Of a stretch of DNA of 64,000 nt, positions 9,725 through 19,030 are shown one piece after another. The notes beneath the pieces are model-generated. The model worked only from the letters and a program-made list of their open reading frames with translations, was not told the origin of the DNA and searched no databases. The first letter of the stretch is position 1, and each line of letters starts with the position of its first letter. The stretch comes from an uncultured bacterium (GTDB lineage: Bacteria; Bacillota_I; Bacilli_A; RFN20; CAG-826): NCBI GenBank assembly GCA_949288485.1, contig CASEKC010000005.1:36658-100657 (forward strand), read 5' to 3'. The translations under genes were made by a program, and so were the position numbers.

Positions 9725-10966
9725 TTATCCTAATAATTTAACAATTTCTTTCCTTGTTATTCCGTTATTTTCTTTAATATACCTAGCAAGCAAAAATATT
9801 TCATTTTTATATTTTTTTAATCTTCTTTTAACAAAACGATATTTTTTCTTAATAAATTTATTTGTTTTTATCGCAAATAACTTATTTTCAAATTCAGAAG
9901 TTTCATCAAGAGAATAAGAATTATCTCTTAAAGAAAAATAGTTTAAACCATTAATCATTGTTCGATTTACTAATTTAAAAGAAACTTTATAAGCTCTTTC
10001 TAAATCTTCATCTGCTCCTACACTATGGTAATTAAAAAATAATTCTTCAGCGACAATTCCTGCTAAAGAAACTTCAACATTATCAAGTCTTGTTTCAAGA
10101 TCATCGATACTATCAAAGTTTGCATTATATGTTCTACCACCATCTTCATTGCAAATAACTCTTAAAACATCAAGTTTTCTTGTTAATTTATATAAATATA
10201 AAGCGTGACCTGCTTCATGAATTGCAACAAAATCATCGACTTTAAAATTATCATTATTTTTAATACATCCAGAATCTAAAAAAGTATATTCATTAATAAA
10301 ATTTTCAAGTGTAGCATTTTTACCATATCTAAAATAAACATTGTTAAAAATAGTTCTAATTAAACTAATTGGTTCATGTCTTAAATTTAAAGTTAATTCT
10401 TCTATCTCATAATCATCTAATTTAAAATCTCTAATTTCTAAAAATTTAGAAATTATTTCTTTTAATTCATTTTTATCAGTAATTCGAATATTAAATTTTC
10501 TATCAAAACGACCTTCTCTAAGTAAAGAATAAGGTAAATTATCGATATCATTTGCACTAGCTAAAGTTAAAACATTTCCTTCCTTATTAAAACCATCAAG
10601 TTCCATTTGAAGAACTCTTTCTAATTTTGTATCTTTTGCAACTAATCTATCTAATTCATCAATAACTACTATTGCATTTTTTTCTAATCTCGCTTTTTTA
10701 TAAGTAGCAAGTAAAACTTCATCTAAATTTTCACTATCTCCTTCGATTATAAAAACTTTATAATCGAATGATTTTGCAAATTCTCTTAATAATAATGTTT
10801 TACCATATCCAGGATCACCATAAAAAAGAATTCCTTTAGGTAAATATTCTTTTTTTTCGTTATCAGATAATAATTCTTTATTTAAATACCAACTTCTTAC
10901 TTCATATAATTCATCTTTAATAGCTTTATAACCATAAACTTTGTTTAAAAAATTATTTCTTTCCAT
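9725..10966 (-). CDS. Soluble FtsH-like protein: AAA+ ATPase fused to an M41-type zinc metalloprotease, with no membrane anchor
   Basis: Walker A GDPGYGKT, Walker B VVIDELD, second region of homology ..REGRFDRKF.., and zinc motif HEAGHAL. There is no N-terminal hydrophobic segment. Confidence 0.75.
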   Translation of the reverse strand: MERNNFLNKVYGYKAIKDELYEVRSWYLNKELLSDNEKKEYLPKGILFYGDPGYGKTLLLREFAKSFDYKVFIIEGDSENLDEVLLATYKKARLEKNAIVVIDELDRLVAKDTKLERVLQMELDGFNKEGNVLTLASANDIDNLPYSLLREGRFDRKFNIRITDKNELKEIISKFLEIRDFKLDDYEIEELTLNLRHEPISLIRTIFNNVYFRYGKNATLENFINEYTFLDSGCIKNNDNFKVDDFVAIHEAGHALYLYKLTRKLDVLRVICNEDGGRTYNANFDSIDDLETRLDNVEVSLAGIVAEELFFNYHSVGADEDLERAYKVSFKLVNRTMINGLNYFSLRDNSYSLDETSEFENKLFAIKTNKFIKKKYRFVKRRLKKYKNEIFLLARYIKENNGITRKEIVKLLG

Positions 10967-11099
10967 AGATTTATTTTTCTCCTTTCTTTTATAAATAAAT
11001 TCATTCTTTTTAATAAAGAAGAATTATATTTTTAATAAAAATTGATATTTATTTATTAAAAATAAAACATATTTAATATGAATTAATTTTCCTAAATTT

Positions 11100-11135
11100 A
11101 AAGTCGTTATATTTTTTTATATCTATAACGACTTT
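11100..11135 (-). terminator. Hairpin with a 12-bp stem downstream (minus sense) of the RNA candidate
   Basis: aaagtcgttata (11100-11111) pairs with tataacgacttt (11124-11135). The flanks are A/T-rich but there is no clean U tract. Confidence 0.4.
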
Positions 11136-11149
11136 AAATTTTAGTTAAA

Positions 11150-11730
11150 ACTTTATAGGCCTTCGCCTTACTCTTAATTAAATTTTGTTTATTCGGCCAC
11201 TAATCGAAGTTAGCCCGAGCGTATAAGAGCGACTTATACACTACTAACTCCATCTTCTAAGATAAGAAGATTAATAGATTAGGCTAGATTTCCTAGCAAC
11301 TTTCACTAAACGTCGGAAGTAAGTTTTTAAAACAATCCAATCGTTCACCTTTGCAGCTGAGTCAGATTTAGCTACTCGTACATTTTGTTTGCAATCCTTA
11401 TAGTTTAATTACTTAAACGTCACCTCAGAGATCTTTAATGAGTTTGCCACTTACTTGGTAGTCTCTCACACTACTTGCAGGATGGCGGGCTAAGCTAGCT
11501 ACTATTTGCCACTTATAGATCCGGATCGCTCATTGCCTTAACTAGAGAATTTAAAAAGAGCACTTCTTACTTCAAGGCTAATCCAATAACCTTCCTTATA
11601 TATTTCTATATAAGGTGTTTGCCATTTAATAGGTATCCCTATTAAACCACTCACAAAGTAAGAATCCTGACGGTCTGTAAGACCAACTTCATCAGGTTAC
11701 AGCAATATTGTAATGCTCAACGCATAAAAT
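11150..11730 (-). ncRNA. Large structured ncRNA candidate of about 570 nt. Class unassigned; ROOL/GOLLD/OLE-like in size and context.
   Basis: No ORF track entry (all listed ORFs are 60 aa or longer) falls within 10967-11832. The local G+C is far above that of the surrounding intergenic DNA. There are many local helices and a repeated UGGCAAA motif. C exceeds G on the plus strand, which favours a minus-sense RNA. A hairpin follows at 11100-11135. Its 3' module is duplicated at 56580-56671. Confidence 0.55.
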
Positions 11731-11771
11731 TAATATACTTTTATTTTTATTATTTTTTGTAGATAAATTTA

Positions 11772-11800
11772 TTGATAAATATCGTATTTTTTATTAATAT
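11772..11800 (+). promoter_or_regulatory. Sigma-70-like promoter for ORF 11833..12831
   Basis: TTGATA (11772-11777), a 17-nt spacer, then TAATAT (11795-11800). Confidence 0.35.
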
Positions 11801-11832
11801 TATATTTTGAAGAGTAGATAAAATATAAACTT

Positions 11833-12831
11833 ATGAACAACAAATATAAAGTAATGTTATCTTATTACACATATTCCACAATATTAAATGATATTGATGC
11901 GTTTCGTTTTTATAAAAATAACGGAGATACCAACAAAAATAAGTTTATCAATAAACTTATTACAAATTATTATGAAATAGTTAATTTATCAATTAAAAAA
12001 CTTGAAGACAATCTTCTTTCTTTATTAAAAGACATTAAAAATAAAGAAGAGTTAGTTAATGATATTTTAAAAATAAAAGAAAGAAATGATGATTCTGATA
12101 GTAAAAAAGAATATGAATTAACTTTTATATCAACTAAAGAGTCTAATAATGCGTTACTAGATATAGAATATTCTAATTATTCTTATATTTTTACTATGAG
12201 TGGTTATTTAAGAAAATTATTTAATGACTATGCTAAGTTAAATCAAGATGAAAGAGAAAGAATAATTTTTAAAAGTGAAATAGATTTAATAAATACAGCT
12301 ATTAAAAATAATAAAAAGATTTTTTTTAAAGTAATTACTAAAAAAGATGAAGAAATTATCGAAGAAAAACACGAAGTATCACCATTAGGTATATTTAATT
12401 CTAAAGATAGACAATTCGCCTATTTAATTTATTATACTTCTTCTACCTACAATGTTATTAACTTATATAAATTAGTTGATTTAAGAATATCTAGAAACTT
12501 TAAAGATGAACTATCTTCATCTTTAAATGAAAAAATAAATGGTGATTTAGATAAAAACGATCCTCAATTTATTAATTCTCCAATTATAAAATGTAAAATA
12601 AAATTAACTAAAAAAGGTCAAAAAATGTTTACTAAAATCTTTATTAATCGTCCTAAACCATTAAAAATAGAAGATGATATATATTATTTTGAGTGTTCAA
12701 TAAATCAATTATTTCAATATTTTTCTCGTTTTGGTAGCGAAGCATTAGTATTAGATAATGAAAAATTAACTAATAGATTATTTAATTTTTTTTATTTTGG
12801 ATATAAAAATATTAAAAAATATGAAAAATAA
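11833..12831 (+). CDS. WYL-domain-like protein with a WCX-like C-terminus and a possible N-terminal ribbon-helix-helix
   Basis: The central segment KKIFFKVITKK..HEVSPLGIFNSKDRQFAYLIYYTSSTYNVINLYKLVDLRISRNF fits the WYL core pattern. The C-terminus IIKCKIKLTKKGQKMF..YYFECSINQLFQYFSRFGSEALVLDNEKLTNRLFNFF fits the WCX pattern. The N-terminus KVMLSYYTYSTILNDIDAF..FINKLITNYY is RHH-like. These assignments are by eye only. Confidence 0.55.
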   Translation: MNNKYKVMLSYYTYSTILNDIDAFRFYKNNGDTNKNKFINKLITNYYEIVNLSIKKLEDNLLSLLKDIKNKEELVNDILKIKERNDDSDSKKEYELTFISTKESNNALLDIEYSNYSYIFTMSGYLRKLFNDYAKLNQDERERIIFKSEIDLINTAIKNNKKIFFKVITKKDEEIIEEKHEVSPLGIFNSKDRQFAYLIYYTSSTYNVINLYKLVDLRISRNFKDELSSSLNEKINGDLDKNDPQFINSPIIKCKIKLTKKGQKMFTKIFINRPKPLKIEDDIYYFECSINQLFQYFSRFGSEALVLDNEKLTNRLFNFFYFGYKNIKKYEK

Positions 12832-12929
12832 AGTATTTTTAATGTAAAAGTCCGATTTTTATCATTAAGATGTTTTAGAAATTTTGCTCATAAAATTATG
12901 TTATAATAACAAAAGCCGAAGACTCTTTT

Positions 12930-14426
12930 ATGAAGAATAAATTTATGTCATTTTTTTCAATATCGTTAGTTACTTCTTTTTTACTAACTTCGTGTTTTTC
13001 ATCTAATGAAAATCATAATGATAATGAGGATGAAAATAAGAACTTCGCTATAAATGTAGAAGATTTAACTAATGGCTACGTTATCCCTTCAGTGGCAAGT
13101 GCAAAGATTGGGGAATCAATAAGTTTTAAAATTGTACCAAATGATGGTTATTATTTAACATCTTTTTCTTTAGATAATAACATAACAACCATTTCTTATG
13201 AAGACAAAAATCTAGTATTTGATAATTTATCTAAAACTTATACATATAACACTATTATGGAAAAAGAAATCAATGTTTTCGCTAGTTTTGATAACAAAGA
13301 AAGCGGAAATACTTTTTACGATAAAGATAATGATGTTTTATACACTACAATAAAAGTTGATCCTTACGGAAACGAAATCGAAAAAATACCTGAAATAAAT
13401 GCAAATGATTATCTAAAAGAAGCATTAAATGATGGTGAATTAGGTTATATTATTTTAAAAGGACAAGAAGAACATTATGACGCTAATTTAAGGACTAAAG
13501 GAGCGATTGACGCAATAAATGAAATTCCTAAAGAAGGAAATTTTAAATCAAATCTTTTGGAAATAGGTTTATGTGTAGATGATAACGGCATGCCTTGGAG
13601 TGATAAAAATGCGACTGAAATAATTCATAATGCGGTAATAAAGTACGAAAATAAACTAGATTTAATAATTGCTAATAACGATTCATTAGCTATTGCTGCC
13701 AGCAAAGCGGATAACTTAAATCCAAGTTTACCAATTTTAGGTTTCGACAGAATTGCGTTCAACGAAATGTTGAGTGGAGATTTTGACGGTACAATGGCAT
13801 TTCCTTTTGAAGATCAAGCTCTTTTGACGGCTGCTTTAGTAGGGAATTTAATTACAAATAAAAAACCTGTAATTGATGTATTTTATGGTGGCAAAGTTCC
13901 TTTGGACTTTACTTACCTTGATAAGCACTTAATTTTAACTGATTATGCCACTGTTTTAAGAAAAGATATAGAAGACTATGATATTGGTGCCAAGAGAAAA
14001 GTTGAGAAGAATAATGAAGTTAAAGGAATGAAAATATTATTAACTTCTTATTCAAGTTTTGACTCTTTTGCCCAACGTTTATTTAAGTCGTTACTTTATT
14101 ATTTAGAAAAAATAGGCTATACAGTTTATACAATTGTTGGCGATGGCAATAATGATCAAGCATTCATGAACTCTATTAAAGAAAAATATAACGAAAATAA
14201 TTATGACGCAATAATTTTAAATCCAATTTATTTAGATTCATTAAAAGACTATTTAGCAATTTTTAACGAAACAATACCAATTGTTGTCTATAATCGTGTA
14301 AATAATAATGAATTTGTAACTTTAAATAAAGAAAATGTTTATGCTGTTAATATTACCTTAGATATATCAAAAAATGCCGGAAATATTGTAAAAAAATGGT
14401 ATAACCACAGTATTGGACTTGATTAA
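12930..14426 (+). CDS. Lipoprotein with an N-terminal beta-rich module and a periplasmic-binding-protein (type 1, sugar-binding-like) domain
   Basis: Signal peptide with lipobox LLTSC. An N-terminal module of about 75 aa (..NGYVIPSVASAKIGESISFKIVPNDGYYLTSFSL..TYTYNTIM..) is shared with ORFs 26731 and 28830. The rest resembles PBP-type binding proteins (..IIANNDSLAIAA..). Confidence 0.55.
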   Translation: MKNKFMSFFSISLVTSFLLTSCFSSNENHNDNEDENKNFAINVEDLTNGYVIPSVASAKIGESISFKIVPNDGYYLTSFSLDNNITTISYEDKNLVFDNLSKTYTYNTIMEKEINVFASFDNKESGNTFYDKDNDVLYTTIKVDPYGNEIEKIPEINANDYLKEALNDGELGYIILKGQEEHYDANLRTKGAIDAINEIPKEGNFKSNLLEIGLCVDDNGMPWSDKNATEIIHNAVIKYENKLDLIIANNDSLAIAASKADNLNPSLPILGFDRIAFNEMLSGDFDGTMAFPFEDQALLTAALVGNLITNKKPVIDVFYGGKVPLDFTYLDKHLILTDYATVLRKDIEDYDIGAKRKVEKNNEVKGMKILLTSYSSFDSFAQRLFKSLLYYLEKIGYTVYTIVGDGNNDQAFMNSIKEKYNENNYDAIILNPIYLDSLKDYLAIFNETIPIVVYNRVNNNEFVTLNKENVYAVNITLDISKNAGNIVKKWYNHSIGLD

Positions 14427-14576
14427 AAACAAAATTATTTTATCAATCAATATCAATTATTAATCAAATTTATTCTCGTTTATTTCATAAAATTTTTATG
14501 ATTAAATGGTTTAAACTTTCAAATAAAATAAAGAAATAATCTTTAATTCAAATATTTAATTAATAAAATAACTTAT

Positions 14577-15425
14577 ATGAATAAATATTTTATTTTTAGT
14601 GACATACACGGAAGAAATCTAGATGAACTTAAAGGTAGATTAGAAGAATCTGGCTTTGAAGAAGATAATCCTAATCATATCTTAGTATCTTTAGGAGATC
14701 TTTTTGATCGAGGAAATGATTCTTATAATCTTTGTAAATATATTAATTCGATGATTAAAAAGAATAGATGTATTGCTTTATGGGGGAACCATGAAGTTAT
14801 TTTAGCAAACTGGTTATATTCTAATTTTGAAAATTACTATAGTGTTATTTATGCTAATGGTACTACTAAAACCATTAAATCTTTTGTTGAGGGTTTAATT
14901 AAAGACAATAAACTTAAACTCAGTAATGATGAAAGAGCATATTTATCATATTTTTATAGAAATGGTTATGTTATTGATGAAAGGCAAGTTGATGTTTTAA
15001 ATAAAATTAGAGCAAGTGAAGAATTTCGATATTACATAAATCATTTATTACCTTACTTGGTAATAAATGATAAATATTTACTTTGTCATAGTGGATTAAC
15101 ATATAAATATGATTATGAAGTATATAAATATAATTTTAACAAATATAATTTTATTAGAAATGACGGAAGTTTATTAGTTGAAGAAGAAACACGGTCATTA
15201 ATAATTGAACTTGATAATAATCCAAATAAATCATTACCAAAAGTGCCATTTAATAAATTTAATTATGATAAAGTAATTCATGGTCATTTATATGTATCAC
15301 ATTTTAATAAAGATGATCCATATAATATTTATTTTGGAAAAGATAATATTTGTATAGATTCTCCTTATTACATCAATGTTTTAGTTATTAATGAGGATAA
15401 TTCTTTATCCTTTAGTAAAATTTAA
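14577..15425 (+). CDS. Metallophosphoesterase (PPP-family Ser/Thr phosphatase or diadenosine tetraphosphatase-like)
   Basis: Motifs FSDIHG, GDLFDRG, GNHE, and later histidine motifs (CHSG, HGH). Confidence 0.75.
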   Translation: MNKYFIFSDIHGRNLDELKGRLEESGFEEDNPNHILVSLGDLFDRGNDSYNLCKYINSMIKKNRCIALWGNHEVILANWLYSNFENYYSVIYANGTTKTIKSFVEGLIKDNKLKLSNDERAYLSYFYRNGYVIDERQVDVLNKIRASEEFRYYINHLLPYLVINDKYLLCHSGLTYKYDYEVYKYNFNKYNFIRNDGSLLVEEETRSLIIELDNNPNKSLPKVPFNKFNYDKVIHGHLYVSHFNKDDPYNIYFGKDNICIDSPYYINVLVINEDNSLSFSKI

Positions 15426-15429
15426 TAAT

Positions 15430-18225
15430 TTATTTGCTTAACAATATATTTATATCGGAGACTTCTTTATTAAAGTGATCGCATAAATACGATAAGAAAC
15501 ATTGTTTGAAGTATTTTCCTGTTTCACTTGTTAAATCATTAATATCAACATCGTTACCAGCTCGATGGTCTTTCTTTAATTTATTTATTCTTAAATCATT
15601 TGTGTCCATAAAATAAAAAACTTCATAAGCATCATCATTTTCATCTTCAAAACCACATTCGATTCTATTTTTATATTTTCTAAAAGAAAATAAGCCTTTT
15701 TTGTAATTTTTATGTCCATTCATTTTCTCAATTTTAAAACTATCTAAATTAAAATGTTTTACTAAATCATCAAACCATGTTGGATTATCATTGATGGCAA
15801 AGTCATTAGTTTGTTTCTTTTCAGTTAAATCAATTAGTTTTTTTATAATATCTTCATTTTGTTTTAAGAATAAAGTGAAAGAGCGAACAAAATATCTAAG
15901 CATTTCGCTATTATCTTTTTCTAAATCAACAGCTTCCCAATTAGATTTATATAAAACAGTGAATTTTTTTGTTAATAATTCATAAAAGGCTGCATATTCT
16001 GTTCCTTTATCATCTTCAAAGCCACATTCAATATTATTTGAGCGCACTCTAAAGGCAAAACCATTTTTTACATATGCTTTATATTTTTTGTTCAACCAAA
16101 TACTATATCTAGAAGAATCAAAATAGGTACGTAATTTAGAGAACCAGTCATCTTCATTCGTTGTTTTTTGAACTCTAATTTTATTTTCGTTAGTACAATC
16201 AAAATAATTTAATTTAGTAATCAATTTATCACTTAGTGCTGGTTGTTCCCCAATGCTTATATTTTCAAATGAATTAATCATCTTGAGAAACTCCTCTTCC
16301 GTGATAGCAGTAAAATCTCTAAACCATCTATCGTACATAAATTGAAATAATTCTTGTTCTCTTTTATAAATATCGAATAAAGTCCAATTCTCATTTGTTG
16401 ATGCAACTTTTTGTGCAGATCTTGAACCATAACAATAAGCATATTTTTCACTCTCAAATGAGGCAGTTCTTTTTGTTTTGAAACTAAAATTTTTAAGACT
16501 GCTGTTTTCGCCTTTTGATAATAAAAGTAAATTTCCTAAGGAATTTGTTATTTTATTAATTTTTGCTTCATCGTGATTTAACGGAGATAATACAATTTGC
16601 CAGTATTCACACTTCTCAGTATTTTGAGGCAAAATATGTTCAATAGAGTTCATATTGACTGAAGACCAATCGACGCTATGGGTTGTAACATTTGATACTT
16701 GTAAATATTCATCATATTCATAAAGAAAATATTTTAAACTATCCCGATTATAAAAAAATGATTGTTTATCTCTTAAATAATTATTAAAGTTTTCAAACTC
16801 ATTAAATAAATAATTTTCTAAATTATTTTCATTTATATAAACACCAATTGTATCCAGTGTCTCATAAAGAATTTTTTGTTTATTTTCATTCTTAGCTTTT
16901 ATAAGTTCTCTTGCATGTTTAATTAATGAGCTGTAATCATTTTTATTTTGACCAATACATTTTCTAAAAAATAATGAAAATTCAAGTTTTTTATAAAACT
17001 TTAACTTTTCTTTAATAGATAAATCATTATCTCCATAAAAAGCCATTATTGTAGATTTGGCAAATTTAGTAGATGTTATTCTGTTTAATTTGGTTAAGTA
17101 TTTTTTTTCATCTAAATATTCTTCCCCTTTTAAAAGCTTTGCATCAGGATATTTTTCTATAGGATTATTAATAATTCCCCAAATTTCACTATATTTATCT
17201 AAACTTTTTATATATGAATCAATGGCATTATATGCTGTAGCAAGTGTTTCGTTACTATTGAGGCTAGAAAATATTGGATTTTCAATGCTGAACTCTTCGT
17301 TTAATATTTCCGAAACGTAAGTATCACCTCTTCTTTTGCTCAAAGAATTATGATATATAAACCAATGCGCTTGTAAATATTCATCATCGTTTAAAAATGT
17401 ATTCTTATAAGATAAGTTTTTATAAATATTCTTCCATACAAAGTTAATTTTATCTCTTAGTAAATCACCTTCATTAACATTAAAAAAGGAAGATAAATAC
17501 ATAAGTCTATTTTTTAACAATTCTAAATTTGATAATTTTTTTCCTCTATTATTCATTGTTTCAAAGGTAACTCTTACATCAAAATCTTTTGTAACGAAGT
17601 AAATATTAAATATCAATCTATGAAGAATTACATCTAAAATCTCTTTAACAATATCAGAATTTTTAGTTAATTTATCATCAATAAACTTTTTGCAATTATC
17701 GAGATTTTTAAGATATATGTTTAACATATCTTTCTCCACGAGATTGTTTAAGTAAATTCTATTCTCAAAGAAAGATCTTGTATCACCATCGTTTTTATTT
17801 GAATAAAAAAATCTATAAATATTTCCTTTTTTTAAATATTCACCTTGCAGATTTTCATTATTTTCATCTTCTAAAAATTTAAATATAGATGCTAAAAAAA
17901 TAATTATTGTGGTAAGTCTTTGCTGACCATCGACAACATAAAAAGCGTTATAACCATTCAAATATTCAAAATTCTTTTCTTGATCGTCCATTTCCTCTAA
18001 AGTTAACATTCCAGTATAATGTTTACTTATTTTATTTGGATTCTTAAGAGCTCTAATTATGTCGTTCCATAAATCGTTAACTTGTTTGTTCGATTCCCAA
18101 GCATAACCTCTTTGATAATCTGGTATGCGAAAAACGTTTGGTCCGTAATTTTCTGTATCACTTAGAAGTGCTTCAACAGTAACTAAAGAGTTGTTTCTTC
18201 TTTTTTCGTCGAAATAATTTGCCAT
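15430..18225 (-). CDS. GmrSD-like type IV restriction enzyme (DUF262 N-terminal, DUF1524 HNH-like) with a duplicated C-terminal module
   Basis: DUF262 motifs IPDYQRGYAW and VDGQQRLTT. A DUF1524-like segment reads ..IEHILPQN..GNLLLLSKGENSS... Two C-terminal repeats each contain ..(N/R)IECGFED(D/E)... Confidence 0.8.
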   Translation of the reverse strand: MANYFDEKRRNNSLVTVEALLSDTENYGPNVFRIPDYQRGYAWESNKQVNDLWNDIIRALKNPNKISKHYTGMLTLEEMDDQEKNFEYLNGYNAFYVVDGQQRLTTIIIFLASIFKFLEDENNENLQGEYLKKGNIYRFFYSNKNDGDTRSFFENRIYLNNLVEKDMLNIYLKNLDNCKKFIDDKLTKNSDIVKEILDVILHRLIFNIYFVTKDFDVRVTFETMNNRGKKLSNLELLKNRLMYLSSFFNVNEGDLLRDKINFVWKNIYKNLSYKNTFLNDDEYLQAHWFIYHNSLSKRRGDTYVSEILNEEFSIENPIFSSLNSNETLATAYNAIDSYIKSLDKYSEIWGIINNPIEKYPDAKLLKGEEYLDEKKYLTKLNRITSTKFAKSTIMAFYGDNDLSIKEKLKFYKKLEFSLFFRKCIGQNKNDYSSLIKHARELIKAKNENKQKILYETLDTIGVYINENNLENYLFNEFENFNNYLRDKQSFFYNRDSLKYFLYEYDEYLQVSNVTTHSVDWSSVNMNSIEHILPQNTEKCEYWQIVLSPLNHDEAKINKITNSLGNLLLLSKGENSSLKNFSFKTKRTASFESEKYAYCYGSRSAQKVASTNENWTLFDIYKREQELFQFMYDRWFRDFTAITEEEFLKMINSFENISIGEQPALSDKLITKLNYFDCTNENKIRVQKTTNEDDWFSKLRTYFDSSRYSIWLNKKYKAYVKNGFAFRVRSNNIECGFEDDKGTEYAAFYELLTKKFTVLYKSNWEAVDLEKDNSEMLRYFVRSFTLFLKQNEDIIKKLIDLTEKKQTNDFAINDNPTWFDDLVKHFNLDSFKIEKMNGHKNYKKGLFSFRKYKNRIECGFEDENDDAYEVFYFMDTNDLRINKLKKDHRAGNDVDINDLTSETGKYFKQCFLSYLCDHFNKEVSDINILLSK

Positions 18226-18384
18226 TTTTTATTCCAGCCTTTTTTAATTCTTAATTATTATAATAAAAATTGTAACAATTTTTAAAATCCTATTAATTGA
18301 TTAATTTTATACTTAATTTGTTTCCACAATATATTTGATTCTATGGAGTTTTAAATAGTTCAGTTTAATCAAAATTTTATAATG

Positions 18385-18636
18385 CTATTTTTCATCCAAA
18401 TCATCCCAGTTTATTTCCCACCTTGGAGGTAAAGAATGATAAACAGGCATAAAATTAAACCAGATAATTTCATATATATTTGAATTCTCATTGCCTAGTA
18501 ATAAATCCCTTGGTTCACCACCACAAATATCTATTTCTTCAGGAGTCATCTCTTTTAAATATTTACCATCTAATTCTTTTGCTTTAGTTAACCTTTCAGA
18601 AGTCCAAAAGGTTTTATCAAGTTCATTCTTTTTCAT
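18385..18636 (-). CDS. Hypothetical small protein
   Basis: 83-aa ORF in the same orientation as the GmrSD gene. No motif recognised. Confidence 0.35.
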   Translation of the reverse strand: MKKNELDKTFWTSERLTKAKELDGKYLKEMTPEEIDICGGEPRDLLLGNENSNIYEIIWFNFMPVYHSLPPRWEINWDDLDEK

Positions 18637-19030
18637 TTACCAGAATAATTCCTCTTTTTAATATTTTAAAAAAATTGTAAAAATAATTAAGTTAAATGAT
18701 TTAAAAATACTGACAACAAATAGGTTTATTTATAATTTATTATTAACAAATTATTTTTACAACATAAAGTAAAATAACCATTGCTAACAATGGTATTAAT
18801 TTTAAAGAAAAACTTATTTCTATTGATAATTTATTCCTTATCCCTTAAATAACTTCAATATCAATTGTTGCTCCTTCTTCTATCTTTATAATTAAGTTAT
18901 GCCAAAAAGCAAACTTAAATATAAACTTCAATCTTTATTAAATAAAAAACATTTTGATTATGATTTTTATTTAGATAATAAATATGTTGAAGAATATCCT
19001 TACGAAAGATATGTTTCTTTAACTTTATGA

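Noticed and set aside
11666-11696. Hammerhead-ribozyme-like CUGAUGA in the RNA candidate (minus sense)
   Set aside because: The sequence after the putative stem II lacks the conserved GAAA core. The segment folds more simply as an imperfect hairpin.
11150-11730. tmRNA, RNase P RNA or a group II intron as the identity of the large RNA
   Set aside because: I found no GAAAGUCC-type RNase P core on either strand. There is no tRNA-like 3' end (..UUCGA..CCACCA) and no tag ORF ending in Ala-Ala. There is no GUGYG 5' end with a recognisable domain V (AGC triad, bulge, GNRA loop) and no intron-encoded reverse transcriptase. These are eye checks only, so covariance-model searches are still needed.
18777-18794. 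Repeated hairpin accattgctaacRatggt, also at 30642-30659
   Set aside because: It is a short stem-loop in AT-rich intergenic DNA, and two copies could be simple terminators. Nothing further supports a specific function.
19028-19030. In-frame TGA between a 44-codon ATG ORF (from 18900) and the GNAT-like ORF, and another in-frame TGA between the DUF4417 ORF and the toxin tail at 57594-57596. Possible TGA=Trp recoding (genetic code 4)?
   Set aside because: TGA clearly terminates well-supported genes here (the hipB/hipA ATGA overlap and the TrmB-like gene). Conserved Trp positions use TGG. Long genes are uninterrupted under the standard code. Two in-frame cases are compatible with chance or with nonsense mutations.
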